Below are positions 63,670-64,000 of a stretch of 64,000 bases of DNA, piece by piece; position 1 is the first letter of the stretch; the number at the start of each line of letters is the position of its first letter. Where the stretch lies: contig NMRA01000019.1 in the NCBI GenBank assembly GCA_002633005.1, forward strand, positions 1,003,942-1,067,941. The letters are read 5' to 3'. The notes below the pieces were generated by a model. That model was not told the origin of the DNA. It worked only from the letters and a program-made list of their open reading frames with translations, and searched no databases. The translations under genes and the position numbers were made by a program. This DNA is from Phoronis australis (lineage: Eukaryota > Animalia > Phoronida).

Positions 63670-64000
63670 GAACCCGCGGGAGATTCCTCGTGTCGGCTTG
63701 CTCTGGCTATGGGGGTGGCAGGTCTGGAATTATTAAAAAGAAATCTTTGTTGAGAACTATGGAGGAAGAAAAGAAAAAGGTGCACTATTTTTATAAAATA
63801 TTTTGTTTAATTACGTCATCGACTGTGATACACTTGACGAATGATCGATGACACTCAGGACTGAGCCAGAGATTTTGATTTTCTGACCCCTTACATTTTT
63901 GTTTCAACTCCGCTAGAGACCCCTAAACGTAAACCCATGTGATAAATAGTTAATTATTCAAGCAATTCAATTGTGGTTCAAAAAGGATTCACAAACAATG

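Noticed and set aside
63565-63753. Plus-strand 62-aa ORF as a divergent gene
   Set aside because: No recognisable similarity; it lies antisense to the probable mitoferrin leader.
63517-64000. Iron-responsive element upstream of mitoferrin
   Set aside because: No CAGTG-loop hairpin found on the minus strand; the visible hairpin lacks the IRE loop and C bulge.

Overview
AT-rich, intron-containing animal genomic DNA, most likely from a marine invertebrate bilaterian (the taxon cannot be fixed from sequence alone). Left to right: the 3' end of an NK1/slouch homeobox gene (+); a tRNA-Asp(GTC) gene (-); a complete, more divergent second NK1 gene (-) converging on the first; a six-exon kelch-repeat gene with no visible BTB domain (+); a ~620-bp inverted duplication carrying the apparent RNF4 5' exons; RNF4 (SUMO-targeted ubiquitin ligase, +); and mitoferrin SLC25A28/37 (-). 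The gene set looks like part of the ancestral NK-cluster linkage group. Three 1.5-2.4 kb near-identical tandem blocks each abut a single 'n' and are best read as two alleles assembled in series, not real exon duplications. Several non-autonomous DNA transposons (IS3EU-like, Harbinger-like, a 5-bp-TSD MITE group), palindromes and minisatellites are present. No prokaryote-type system (CRISPR etc.) is seen. The most novel-looking signals are regulatory: the mirrored RNF4 5' module with a 7-nt microexon and AUGA stop-start overlap, and three tandem uORFs plus a hairpin ahead of mitoferrin. All gene models were derived by hand from reading frames and GT-AG signals, without transcript data.
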